Shown here piece after piece: positions 38,667 through 50,891 of a stretch of DNA of 56,556 bases; the stretch's first letter is position 1, and every line of letters starts with the position of its first letter. Origin of the DNA: Octopus sinensis (taxonomy: Eukaryota); NCBI RefSeq assembly GCF_006345805.1, contig NW_021833697.1, positions 1 to 56,556 on the forward strand. The letters run 5' to 3'. The notes under the pieces are model-generated. The model searched no databases and had not been told where the DNA came from. It worked only from the letters and a program-made list of their open reading frames with translations. Position numbers and translations under genes: made by a program.

Positions 38667-39590
38667 CAAATTACAAAATAAGAAAATGGAGGAACAGATT
38701 CATTTCAATCATCAACTTCCAGATAATACCAATTCATATAATTTATTAATTAATTATTTAGGAACATCCAGATCAAACAGAATAAAACAGTACACATCAA
38801 TGAGTAAGATAATACCATAAGAACAATACATATGAAGAAATATAAATATAAAAATATAAAATATATGTTCTTATGGTATTATATTACTCATTGATGTGTA
38901 CTGTTTTATTCTGTTTGATTTGGATGTTCCTAAATAATTAGTTAATAAATTGTATGAACTGGTATTATCTGGAAGTTGATGATTTATAGAAATCTACTCC
39001 TTCATTTTCTTATTTTGTATTATGAATTTGAGGTAAAACATTTTACCTTTGCCCATATAATACATGAATTAATTGCATTGCAATTCTGAACATTTATGTA
39101 TTAGCCTTTCTGGGTACTTTACTGGCAGTATATTGGATAAATGATATCCCATAGTGGGTTACTCTCATAATGTACATAATTCCTAATCTCTCAAATATAG
39201 AACTACACAATCCAGGTCTGACTGGAACATAGAGAAGCACTCTGGCTTGCCAGCACCTGTCACACTTTCCCATCCATGCCTGGATGGTAAAGGATGATGG
39301 AGATGATGATGATGATCAAAACACAACAAAGACAAAATCAATGTCAATTAAAACTTTTATTCCTTATTCCCATTCCTTTATTCTCTCATAACAAATTCCT
39401 CAAAAGTCCAGCACAATCCTCTTCAGAAGTCAAAGTCATCTCTGTGTTGATATATTTAGATATATAAATGATATTGAAGTTGTGATTCATGAATTTCATG
39501 TTGACATCCAAGAAACTGTATTTGATAATGTCAAGCTTGAAGAGGAATATACCCTGTCTTTTAGCAGACAAAATATTCATAATTGTTGTC

Positions 39591-40000
39591 CTCATCATCA
39601 TTTAGCATCCGCTTTCCATGCTAGCATGGGTTGGATGGTTCAACTGGGGTCTGGAAAGCCAGAAGACTGCACCAGGCCCAGTCTGATGTGGCAATGCCCT
39701 TCCTAACGCCAACCACTCCGTGAGTGTAGCGGGTGCTTTTTACGTGCCACCGGCACGGGGGCCAGGCGAGACTGGCAAACGGCCATGATGGGATGGTGCT
39801 TTTTACGTGCCACCAGCACTGGTATCAAAGCTACAATTTCCATTGATGTTGATCGATTTCGATTTTCATTCTGATTCTCACTTGCCTCAACAGGTCTTCA
39901 CATGTAGAGTTTTGTGTCTCTAGAAGGAAAGGTATGCATAAGTGGACTGGCTACATCCCAGGTAGAGACCATGGTTTATGGTCTCACTTGTCCTGCCGGG
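39591..40000 (-). mobile_element. Family C retroposon inserted about 30 bp after the G7 stop
   Basis: The G5 flank reads TTGTTGTCCT|GTTGTAATAAA without this insert. Confidence 0.7.
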
Positions 40001-40027
40001 TTGTAATAAATTTTGATATTGGTACGG

Positions 40028-41248
40028 TTACACGTGTGTATGAATACTCAGATGTGTACTTAAGTGGCGTTTTTGAGAGAATGACTCACCGCAAATATCA
40101 CAATGATATGGTTTTTCACCTGTATGAATACGTTTGTGTTTAGGCAAATCACTACTGTGGGAGAATGATTTACCACAGATATCACACTGATATGGTTTCT
40201 CTCCTGTATGACTACGTTTGTGACTGATTAAATTGCTATTATCAGAAAATGACTTACCACAGATATCACACTGATATGGTTTTTCCCCAGTATGAATACG
40301 TTTGTGACCAGACAAATGACTACTTCTTGAGAATGATTTACCACAGATATTACAATGATATGGTTTCTCTCCTGTATGAATACGTAAGTGTCTGGTTAAA
40401 GGGCTATTATCAGAGAATGATTCACCACAGATATCACAATGATATGGCTTCTCACCTGTATGAATACGTTTGTGCCCACTTAATGTAGAATGCTGGGAAA
40501 ATGATTTACCACAGATATCACAATGATATGGCTTCTCTCCTGTATGAATATGTAGGTGTCTGGTTAAATGGCTATTTTCAGAGAATGATTCACCACAGAT
40601 ATCACAATGATATGGCTTCTCTCCTGTATGAATACGTCTGTGCCCATTTAAAGTAGAATTATGGGAAAATGATTTACCACAGATATCACACTGATATGGT
40701 TTTTCCCCAGTATGAATACGTATATGACTAGTCAAATGACTATTTCTAGTGAATGATTTACCACAGATATCACAATGATATGGTTTCTCACCCGTATGAA
40801 TACGTTTGTGATCAATTAAAATGTTACTTCTAGAAAATGATTTACCACAAATATTACAATGATGTGGCTTTTCTCCTGTATGTGTACGTTTGTGTGTAGG
40901 TAAGTCACCACTGGTAGAGAATGATTTACCACAGATATCACACTGATATGGTTTCTCTCCTGTATGAGTACGTTTGTGTTTAGGTAAGTCAGTACTTCGA
41001 GAAAATGATTTACCACAGATATCACACTGATGCGGCTTTTCCCCAGTATGAATAAATTTGTGACGAGTTAAAGTGCTATTTTCAGAAAATGATTTACTAC
41101 AGATATCACACTGATATGGTTTTTCTCCAGTATGAACACGTCTGTGCCTACTTAAATTACCACTTTTAGAGAATGACTTACCACAAATATCACAGTGATA
41201 TGGCTTCTCTCTTTTATCAGAGATTTTTGCTTTAGTTGAATTATTCAT
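40028..41248 (-). CDS. C2H2 ZNF G7, 14 fingers, intact
   Basis: 406-aa ORF from ATG at 41248. All fingers are canonical and the protein ends HTHV*. Confidence 0.92.
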   Translation of the reverse strand: MNNSTKAKISDKREKPYHCDICGKSFSKSGNLSRHRRVHTGEKPYQCDICSKSFSENSTLTRHKFIHTGEKPHQCDICGKSFSRSTDLPKHKRTHTGEKPYQCDICGKSFSTSGDLPTHKRTHTGEKPHHCNICGKSFSRSNILIDHKRIHTGEKPYHCDICGKSFTRNSHLTSHIRIHTGEKPYQCDICGKSFSHNSTLNGHRRIHTGEKPYHCDICGESFSENSHLTRHLHIHTGEKPYHCDICGKSFSQHSTLSGHKRIHTGEKPYHCDICGESFSDNSPLTRHLRIHTGEKPYHCNICGKSFSRSSHLSGHKRIHTGEKPYQCDICGKSFSDNSNLISHKRSHTGEKPYQCDICGKSFSHSSDLPKHKRIHTGEKPYHCDICGESFSQKRHLSTHLSIHTHV

Positions 41249-42230
41249 TATGAAAGAATAATTTCGTTAAACATATCACAATGAAAGTATCTGTTTCATT
41301 TCTATGAATGTTTGTGTTCAAATGCATCAGAGAATAATTGAATGTTATGTTACTTTCATTGGTGACCTTACTTAATATCTAAAACAGAAGATATAAATTG
41401 GTAAATGCTTTTGTAAAGTTACTCAAACTTAACCTGTAGGTTCATCATCTCTACATTCCATATGGTAAAGACAAAAAAAATGTTGCTGTTAATTCCATTG
41501 TCCAGAAGAAATATTTCCCCATCGTTCGTCGAAGATTTTATTTATGTAAAGATGTTGATGTATTGATGAATGTGCCTTATAAATATATGGTCTTCCTTTA
41601 ATTGATGAACATCAATAAAAATATCAGACACACATCTGAATGAAGAAGTTTCTTTTAAATCAACATGGAATGATATCCTGAAATAGGAAAGAAATTCATT
41701 TCTATGAATATATTTGTGTTGTTATTTTCAGAGAATAATTTAATGCTATGCTTCTTTCATCTGAGATTTTGCTTAATATCTAAATCAAGAGGTGACAATT
41801 GTCTATGCCTTTGTAAAGTTATCAAAGCTTAATTAACCTGTAAAGCAATCATCTCCTCTATATTCCAGACAGCAAAGACTTCAAATTGTTGCTGTTAATT
41901 CCATCGCCCAGAAGAAGTATTTTGCTGTTGTTTTACACAGATTTCATTTATATGTTGAGTTTGATGTATTGATGCTCCTTATAAATATATCATCTTCCTT
42001 TCGTTAATGGAAGCTGATAAAAATACCAGAGGCACATCTGAATGAAGAAATTTCTTTAACGTCAACATGATGTGATATTCTGAAATAAAAAAAGAAGCAG
42101 TGAGATAAAGAGAATCATTAAATGGCATAGTAATTCAACATTGCAAATCTTACAACATCAACACTGTCATCCATTTAATGTCTATGCTTACACGAATTGG
42201 AGTTTATTCGGGTACTGAAACTTTTACAAC
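41249..42230 (-). other. Tandemly duplicated 5' cassette of G7
   Basis: Two acceptor copies, with AG at 41679-41678 and 42081-42080. Confidence 0.65.
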
Positions 42231-42249
42231 ATTCTACACTTTTTACACT

Positions 42250-42632
42250 TTTACTTGTTTCAGTCATGTGACTGCAGCCATGCTGGAGCACCGCCTTTAG
42301 TCAAGCAAATCGAATCCAGGACTTATTCTTTATAAGCCTAGTACTTATTTATCAGTCTCTTTTGCCCAACCGCTAAGTTACGGGGACGTAAACACACCAG
42401 CATCGGTTGTCAAGCAATGCCAGAGAGACAAACACAGACACACAAACATACACACACATATATATACATATATACGACAGGCTTCTTTCAGTTTCCGTCT
42501 ACCAAATCCACTCACAAGGCATTGGTCGACCCAAGGCTATAGTAGAACACACTTGCCCAAGGTGCCACGCAGTGGGATTGAATTTGGTACCAAGTGGTTG
42601 GTAAGCAAGCTACTTACTACACAGCCACTCCT
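42250..42632 (-). mobile_element. CORE-like SINE (family B)
   Basis: Full family-B sequence. Confidence 0.8.
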
Positions 42633-42694
42633 ACGCCTATTCATTATTTTGAATTAGGAGTGGCTGTGTGGTATTTAAACAACAACAAAAAACA

Positions 42695-43090
42695 AAAGTA
42701 GACACCCATAAAATTATCAACCATTTTACAAACAATAACTCTGAGCACCTTTTCAAACTCCATCTGTCTAACACCCGTGGATATGTTTACAAAGTCAGAA
42801 AACAGCACAGCTCCCATGACTTTCGGAAACATTTTTTCATGCTAAGAGTTGCTGAAGCATGGAACAAACTGCCGGCATCAGTTGTTAGTTGTCGGAGCAC
42901 TGCATCCTTCAAAACTTCCATGCTTCCTGAGATTCGCCAACACTACACCTGATTTTCTCCCCTCCATACACACAGGCTAACATGTATCTGACTCATACAC
43001 TGTTCACTTCCCAGACATTTGTACATTACTGCATATGCTTTATATGCACTTTCTGACAAGTTGTGGTGCATCTGAGCACTGTATACAATA
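42695..43090 (+). mobile_element. CR1 3' end
   Basis: Translates DTHKIINHFTNNNSEHLFKLH...LRVAEAWNKLPASVV...HYT*. Confidence 0.8.
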
Positions 43091-43454
43091 ATTTCATGAT
43101 TATTATAAATAATTTGAGAAATGCAGGGAAATCTATATACAGAATAGGCGCAGGAGCATTCTACAGCTGGATGCCCTTCCTGTTGCCAATCCTGACCTCT
43201 TCCCAAGTAAAATGATATTCCACCAAGTTCAAACATATTTACACGGAATATTGCAAAGAAAGGACATCGCTTGCATGATGGTGACACTCACTGACAAGCG
43301 GCGATCCTTCGGTATAGGTTCTGGAAGTGGCTTTGTTTACATTTCTGGAGATAACAGAAACCCTTTTCTCCCACCCCTAACACAAACCTTAACCATGACC
43401 CCCCCCTTATATATAAAAAAAACAACACTTTTTTTAAATGTATCTGGTACTTCC

Positions 43455-45380
43455 GGTGGTTAATATAGGGCGTAACAAATATCAGAAAATCAAAAAAAAA
43501 ATGTGTGTAATAGGTGTAAAACAACTGCCTATGAACGAATATGAAAAAAAAAAATTCGCGCACGCGAAAGGGGGGTGGGGGAGAGGCCTCGGAAAATTCA
43601 CATCGGGAAGTTCCGAAAGCGTCTGAGGAGCTGACCCGGGCACCAAAACAAAAAAAAATAGTGTAATATGTGTAAAACAACTTGCTCTAAACGAATATGA
43701 CACAAAAAAATGCGCTCTCGCGAAAGAGGGGTGGGGGAGAGGCCTCGGAATATTTATATCGGGAATTTCCGAAAGCGTCTGAACCGGGCACAAAAACAAA
43801 AACAAAAACAGCGTAATAGGTGTAAAACAACTTGCTCTAAACGACTATCATGAAAAAAATGCGTGCTCGCGAAAGGGGGGTGGGGGAGAGGCTTTGGAAA
43901 TTTCACATCTTCAGTCCACGGCCTTTAAACTAAGAAAAAATAGTGTAATTGGTGTAAAACTACTTGTTCTAAACGAGTATCAAGAACACACACTCACACA
44001 TGAATCATAAACTCCGTATTTCGCAAAAAAAAAAAATAAAGAGAAGAAATTCTGGAAAAAGTGAAGAAATGTTGGATCTCATTCCTTGGTTAAAGCTATT
44101 TTAAACATTAAATTTATGCTTTTCTTTGAAATAGTTCAGATATATGCAATTCTTCTCACTTATTAAGATGCATTTATCAGAAAAAAAGAGACAGAAAAAT
44201 TATTATTTTGTGTCAATCCTTCCCTAATTATCCTTTATTAATTAGTTTTGGCGTGTATTTTTTTCCCAAATTTATTTTTTCACCTTTACAACACTGTTTA
44301 GTAAAGCAACTATTTATCTTTATAATTTGCATATTTGACTTATTAATCAAAATTCTCTACATGTAATATATACTAAGTAATGCAACCTTCATTTATGTGT
44401 TCCGTTCTGTATTATGCATGCGTGACTGTTTGTATGTAAGTGTGTTTAACTGTGCACATGAATGTGAATATTAAAGAACATATTTATTTACTATGATTGT
44501 TATTTTCAGAACAAATAAATCTTTTGGCTGTTATGTTATTGATGTTATTATTATTGCTAGTTAAAGGGTGGTGACTTGGCTGAATATTTTGAGTCTTGTA
44601 GTATGTAGTTGTGTTAGTCAATATTCTGAGTTCAAATCCAACTCATTTCTTTATCATCATTATCGATGGACCACTCAAAGAGGTATGTATACATTATCAT
44701 TTTCGTAACATAATTTCTGTAGTATTTCAAGATGTTTCTGACACGTATTTTGATTCACATGGTGGAGATCCAACATTTCTTCACTTTTTCCAGAATTTCT
44801 TCTCTTTATTTTATTTTTTTGCGAAATACGGAGTTTATGATTCATGTGTGAGTGTGTGTTCTTGATACTCGTTTAGAACAAGTAGTTTTACACCAATTAC
44901 ACTATTTTTTCTTAGTTTAAAGGCCGTGGACTGAAGATGGGAAATTTCCGAAGCCTCTCCCCCACCCCCCTTTCGCGAGCGCGCATTTTTTTCATGATAG
45001 TCGTTTAGAGCAAGTTGTTTTACACCTATTACGCTGTTTTTGTTTTTGTGCCCGGTTCAGACGCTTTCGGAAATTCCCGATATAAATATTCCGAGGACTC
45101 TCCCCCACCCCTCTTTCTCGAGAGCGCATTTTTTTTTCATATTCGTTTAGAGCAAGTTGTTTTACACATATTACACTGTTTTTTTTTTGTTTTGGTGCCC
45201 GGGTCAGCCCCTCAGACGCTTTCGGAACTTCCCGATGTGAATTTTCCGAGGCCTCTCCCCCACCCCCCTTTCGCGTGCGCGAATTTTTTTTTTCATATTC
45301 GTTCATAGGAAGTTGTTTTACACCTATTACACACATTTTTTTTTTGATTTTCTGATATTTGTTACGCCCTATATTAACCC
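43455..45380. mobile_element. Foldback element, ~630-bp inverted arms with G-rich tandem units
   Basis: About 43455-44082 is the reverse complement of about 44764-45380. The spacer is AT-rich and non-coding. Confidence 0.75.
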
Positions 45381-45687
45381 TTCCGGTACCTGTACCGAAG
45401 TTACGCCAATTTTTTTAAACAAAGTAAATAAAACAAAAATACAAAGTAAGGATCGACTGGTCACGACTAGCTAGCGCGGATGCGCGACTACGCGCGCCGA
45501 GACCCCTCTTCTTAAATAGTACTCTTACATTCGCGAGTGCCCGTTCTCCGTATTTTATTTTTCAGTATAAAATATTTAAAAAATAGATTAATCTGTCTAA
45601 TTTCATCCATACTTTGTGTATTCTGGATATATTTCCCATTTCGTAACTTTTTTTTGACAAGTAAGGGTTATCTTGGTGAGGTGTGCC

Positions 45688-45905
45688 GTACTACTAGCGA
45701 ACAGTGGTCCCGGTGCGCGCACTCGCGTATCCGTTCTACCTAGTCATATGTAGTGAATCATGCAACGACTTTTTAACCCTAATCTTAGTTTGTTTACAAA
45801 AATAATGTATTTACTTGGTTTAAAAAATTGTAGGATCGACTACTTACGACTAGCTAGCGCGGATGTACGAGTGCGCGCACCGGGACCACTGTTCGCTAGT
45901 AGTAC
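45688..45905. mobile_element. MITE with a ~38-bp TIR
   Basis: GTACTACTAGCGAACAGTGGTCCCGGTGCGCGCACTCG is mirrored at the other end. Confidence 0.7.
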
Positions 45906-46154
45906 CTTATCATTATTGGTATTATCATCATCATTATAGCCTTAAAGAAAATCTTTGTCAACTTACCGTATTCAGATACAAACAACGAGTCAGTGATCGG
46001 TAATTAAGCACCTTAATTAATTAATTAAGGCAAGTTATATCCCTTTATAGGGTTGTAGTACTTCAATTTTCTATGACTGGTCCGTTTCGTTCCGGTGTCT
46101 TCTTTGTCCCATTCCGTCAACGATTTTACCTTCAAGGTAATATAGAATATATAC

Positions 46155-46320
46155 ACTCACATACTCTAATCTACGACCGTTTCCAGCGCACGAACTGGAC
46201 CCCGTCGCAGACACCGAAAGAAATAAGACATCTTTGACTTATATCTTCCTGATGTGACGTCAGGCCGTTGCACTTCCGATCCGTTTCTGACGTCATTTTC
46301 TCTCCTGTCCAATCATTGTC
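46155..46320 (-). promoter_or_regulatory. Candidate promoter/first exon of G7
   Basis: CCAAT at 46309, TGACGTCA at 46288 and 46255, ACTTCCG at 46272, and a minus-strand GTGAGT donor at 46160-46155. Confidence 0.55.
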
Positions 46321-46372
46321 CTTCCTTCACACTTCTCTCTCATCTAAAGAACAATGCTTGGATACCTTTTGG

Positions 46373-46778
46373 GGATCTTTTCGGTTTGACCGGCAGTTTT
46401 TTAAAATAATTTCCACGTAACTAAACACTTTTAAACTTCGTATACTGGTAGAATGTGTTCATAAAACATCTTTTTCTCTTGGCTTTATTGAGAAAATTCT
46501 GTAGTTTGTAAGCTATTTGTTGGTTTTTTGTCTTCAATTTCTGCAATTTCAACCAATCAATGGCATCTATTGAGGTGAAAACATTCTGTGCCGTATGAAT
46601 GTCCCTCGTTTAAGAAACAGATTGGGTTTATTTACATTCCTGAAGAAAAAAAGATACCCTTTCCCCCCACCCCTAACCCTAAAACAGATTGAAATGCAAT
46701 CGATACTAGGGTCATAATTATGGGTGACAATTTCATATGACACCATTTGGAAAACTGCCGGTCAAACGGAAAAGATCC
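46373..46778. mobile_element. GGATC-TIR MITE
   Basis: Both TIRs are present; I found no matching TSD. Confidence 0.8.
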
Positions 46779-46854
46779 GGTGCTTGTGCCTAAAATTGAG
46801 AAGAATATATGGTTAGGTAAAGGGAGATAATTAGTCTTTGATGTCTTATTTCAT

Positions 46855-46905
46855 GAGACGCATGCGCATTGGACGTGGTTCCTACTTGATGTTGACTTCC
46901 GTGTC
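46855..46905. promoter_or_regulatory. NRF1/CCAAT/ETS motif cluster (candidate G8 side of a bidirectional promoter)
   Basis: GCATGCGCAT at 46860, ATTGG at 46868, ACTTCCG at 46895. Confidence 0.4.
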
Positions 46906-47144
46906 AAAGGTCCTTTGAATGAATTTCTTTTAATCAGCTGATAATAATAATACGTTTATAATACTTAAAATACGTACTTATAATGCATTTCTCAACTGAC
47001 ATATACACACATATATAAACAACACAGTCCTTTATGAAACATTTGCGTAAGTATTAAACAATGAAAAAATTCAACGTTTTTTAATTCTGGAGACTTTCGG
47101 TTTTTGGCGCCTGAATTCTTTGTGTCTTTTCTGTGTTTTATGAA

Positions 47145-47800
47145 TGAGAGATGTCCTTGATTTGTGCGGGATTTGGCTGCTATATCTAGCTATGGGAGAG
47201 AGATGTCCTTGATTTGTGCGGGATTTGGCTGCTATTTCTAACTATGGAAGAGCGATGACTATGAATTGTATTAGATTTGGCTGCTATTTCTAGCTATGGA
47301 AGAGACATCTTTTGGCGCCACAATTCTTTGTGTCTTTTCTGTGTTTTACGAATGAGAGATGTCCTTGATTTGTGCGGGATTTGGCTGCTATTTCTAGCAA
47401 CGGAAGAGATTCAATGATTTGTGCGATATTTGGTTGACATTTGTAAATGTGAAAGAAAAATGCTTTCGATTTGTGCGGGATTTGGCTGCTGTTTCTAACT
47501 ATGGAAGAGATATTCAATGATTTGTACGATATTTGGTTGATATTTCCAGCTGTGAAAGAAAAATGTTTTTGATTTGTGCGGGATTTGACTGCTATTTCTA
47601 GCGATGGGAGACAGATATCTATGAATTGTGCGGGATTTGCTGCTTTTTCTAGCTATGGGAGACAGATGACTATGAATTGTGCGAGATTTGGCTGTTATTT
47701 CTAGCTATGGGAGACAGATGTCTATGAATTGTGCGGGATTTGGCTGCTTTTTCTAGCTATGGGAGAGAGATATCCTTGATTTATGCAGGATTTGGCTGCT
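47145..47800. repeat. Degenerate ~52-bp minisatellite
   Basis: Recurring GATTTGTGCGGGATTTGGCTGCTATTTCTAGCTATGG.AGAGAGAT. Confidence 0.8.
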
Positions 47801-48018
47801 ATGGAAGCTACCTTCTGCCCTCTCCGTAGTTGCATGTTTTAGTTTGAGAAATATTCTCAAATACACTCCAACCACTGAAATGTTCGGAAACCGATACTTT
47901 ATTTTAATTTATCGATTGTTTCTCAGTATTACTATCGATCTAAATGGTAATGTGTTTCCTCATAACTTTCAGAAAGTACCTTTTCATATTCTGTGGATAA
48001 GGATTATATAGGAATTTG

Positions 48019-48278
48019 GGCAATCTTACGGTTCTAGTATATTTTACGTCGACTGACCACGTGTTTATATATGATCGTCGATTTCCGTTAAAACACTTTT
48101 ATTTTTTTACATATGGGGTTGGGGGTAATGGGATCGTTAGGGTTAGGACCCTAACCCCAAAGATCCCATTTCCCCCCAATCCCATATGTAAAAAAATAAA
48201 AGTTTTTGTCGGAAATCGACGATCATATATAAACACGTGGTCAGTCGACGTAAAATATACTAGAACCGTAAGATTGCC
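48019..48278. mobile_element. Palindromic MITE (Merlin-like) with an 8-bp TSD
   Basis: TIR GGCAATCTTACGGTTCTAGTATATTTTACGTCGAC; GGAATTTG at 48011-48018 and 48279-48286. The TIR resembles that of the 29726 element. Confidence 0.85.
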
Positions 48279-48499
48279 GGAATTTGATGTGAAAAGAAAA
48301 GTACAACTGAATGAAGGTTGCGGATAATTTACACGTCGAATTATGTTCATCACGTATTTGAAAAAGATGGGGTGGCCAATTGTGAAAAAGTTACAAAAAT
48401 CTGATTTCCACCTGCTTTTAAGACACCGAACACCATTGCAATTCTTGGGTGTAGTTTAGTATGGTACTATTAGCCTTGTGCCTAGAGTAGAAATGAATA

Positions 48500-48978
48500 T
48501 TGGCAATGTTGAATTGCTATGTCATTTAACTATCCTCTTTATCTCAGTGACTCTTTTCTTTTATTTCAGAATATCACATTCTGTTGACATAAAAGAAATT
48601 ACTTCATCCAGATGTGCCTTTGATAGTTTTATCAACTTTTATTGACTAAAGGAAGACGATATATTTATCAGAAGCATTCATCAATACATCTACGTTTTTA
48701 TATAAAGAAAGTCTATGACAAAATATTGCGAAATATTTCTTCTGGACGATGGAATTAACAGCAACAATTTGAAGTCTTTGCTGTCTGGAATATAGAGGAG
48801 ATGATTGTTTTACAGGTTAATTAAGCTTGGATAACTTTACAAAGGTGTAGACAATTGTCACCTTTTGATTTAGATCTCAGCTGAAAGAAACGGCATTAAA
48901 TTATTCCCCAAAAATAGTGACAAAACTGAACACAAACATTCTCATAGAAATAAAATAAACACTATCAATGTGATATTT
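48500..48978 (+). other. Conserved ZNF 5' cassette of G8
   Basis: Acceptor AG at 48568-48569. A candidate short intron CAG|GTTAAT...TTTAG ends at 48873. Confidence 0.7.
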
Positions 48979-50891
48979 ATGACAGATTATCCTCTCATAA
49001 TGAATCCTTTAACTGAAGCAAACAACCCTGATACAGGTGAGAAACCATATCACTCTACTACCTGCAGTGTATCATTCTGTCAGAGTGGTGTCTTGACTAT
49101 AGATGAACCTTCACATACTGGGGAAAAACCATATCCATGTGATATCTGTGGTAAATCATTCTCTCAAAGGAGTAACTTGACGCAACACTTATATACTCAT
49201 ACAGGAGAAAAGCCATATCATTGTGATATCTGTGCTAAATCATTCTCTCAAAGGAGTAACTTGACACAACACTTTTATACACATAGAGGAGAAAAGTCAT
49301 ATAATTGTGATATTTGTGGTAAATCATTCTCTCGTAGTACTTACTTAACTAAGCACATCCGTACACATACGGAGGAGAAGCCCTATCGTTGTGATATCTG
49401 TGGTAAATCATTCTCTCAAACTGGTAACTTGACTAAACACAAAGTTACACATACAGGAGACAAGCCATATCATTGTGATATTTGTGGTAAATCATTCTCT
49501 CAGAGTGGTCATTTGACTAAACACAAACTTATACATACAGGCGAGAAGGCGTATTATTGTGAAATTTGTGGTAAATCATTCTCTACGAGTGGGGACTTGA
49601 GTAGACACAAACTTACACATACAGGAAAAAAGCCATATCATTGTGATATCTGTAGTAAATCATTCTCTCAAAATTGTAATTTAAATGACCACAAACGTAG
49701 ACATACAGGAGAAAGACCATATCATTGTGATATCTGTGGTAAATCATTCTCTAGGAGTGGTGATTTGACTACTCACAGACGTATTCATACGGGAGAGAAG
49801 CCATATCACTGTGATGTCTGTGGTAAATCATTCTCTTGTAGTAGTTACTTAAGCATGCACAAACTTACACATACAGGAGAGAAGCCATATCGTTGTGGTA
49901 TTTGTGGTAAATCTTTCTCTCAAGGTAGTCATTTGACTAAACACAAACTTACACATACAGGTGAGAAGGCGTATCATTGTGATATTTGTGGCAAATCATT
50001 CTCTGAAGGTGGTCACTTGACCACACACAAACGTGTTCATACCGGAGAGAAGCCATATCACTGTGATATCTGTGGTAAATCATTCTCTCAAAGTAGTATT
50101 TTAACTGGCCACAAACGTAGACATACAGGGGAAAGACCATATCGTTGTGATATCTGTGATAAATCATTTTCTAGAAGTGGTGAATTGACTAATCACAAAC
50201 TTACGCATACAGGAGAAAAACCATTTCAGTGCGATATTGTGATAAATCTTTCTCTTGTAGTAGTTATTTAAGCAAGCACAAATATACACATACAGGAGAG
50301 AAGCCATATCATTGTGATATTTGTGGTAAATCATTCTCTCAGAATGTTCATTTGACTAAACATAAACTTACACATACAGGCGAGAAGCCATATCATTGTG
50401 ATATTTGTGGCAGATCGTTCTCTGAAGGTGGTCAATTGACCAGACACAAACGTACACATACAGGAGAGAAGCCATATCACTGTGATATCTGTGGTAAATC
50501 ATTCTCTCAAAGTAGTATTTTAACAGGCCACAAACGTAGACATACAGGGGAAAGACCATATCATTGTGATATCTGTGGTAAATCATTTTCTAGAAGTGGT
50601 GATGTGACTAGACACAAACGTACGCATACGGGAGTGAAGCCATACCATTGTGAAATCTGTGGTAAATCATTCTCTCAAAGTATTATTTTAACTGACCACA
50701 AACGTACACATACAGGTGAGAAACCACACCATTGTGATACCTGTGGTAAATCATACTTTAGAAATAGTCAGTTGACTATTCACAAACGTGTTCATACGGG
50801 AGAGAAGCCATATCATTGTGACATCTGTGGTGAATCATTCCCTCAAAAAGGTCACTTAAGTAGACATTTGAGTATTCATACACAAGCGTAA
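48979..50891 (+). CDS. C2H2 ZNF G8, 22 fingers split by one frameshift
   Basis: ORF1 has 14 fingers (the first degenerate). A 1-nt deletion at about 50237 (TGC GAT AT- TGT) precedes 8 more fingers and HTQA*. The track start at 48970 is GTG. Confidence 0.8.

Noticed and set aside
43212-45336. Several 60-130 aa ORFs in the foldback arms
   Set aside because: Low-complexity F/P/K-rich translations of tandem repeats; no transposase motif.
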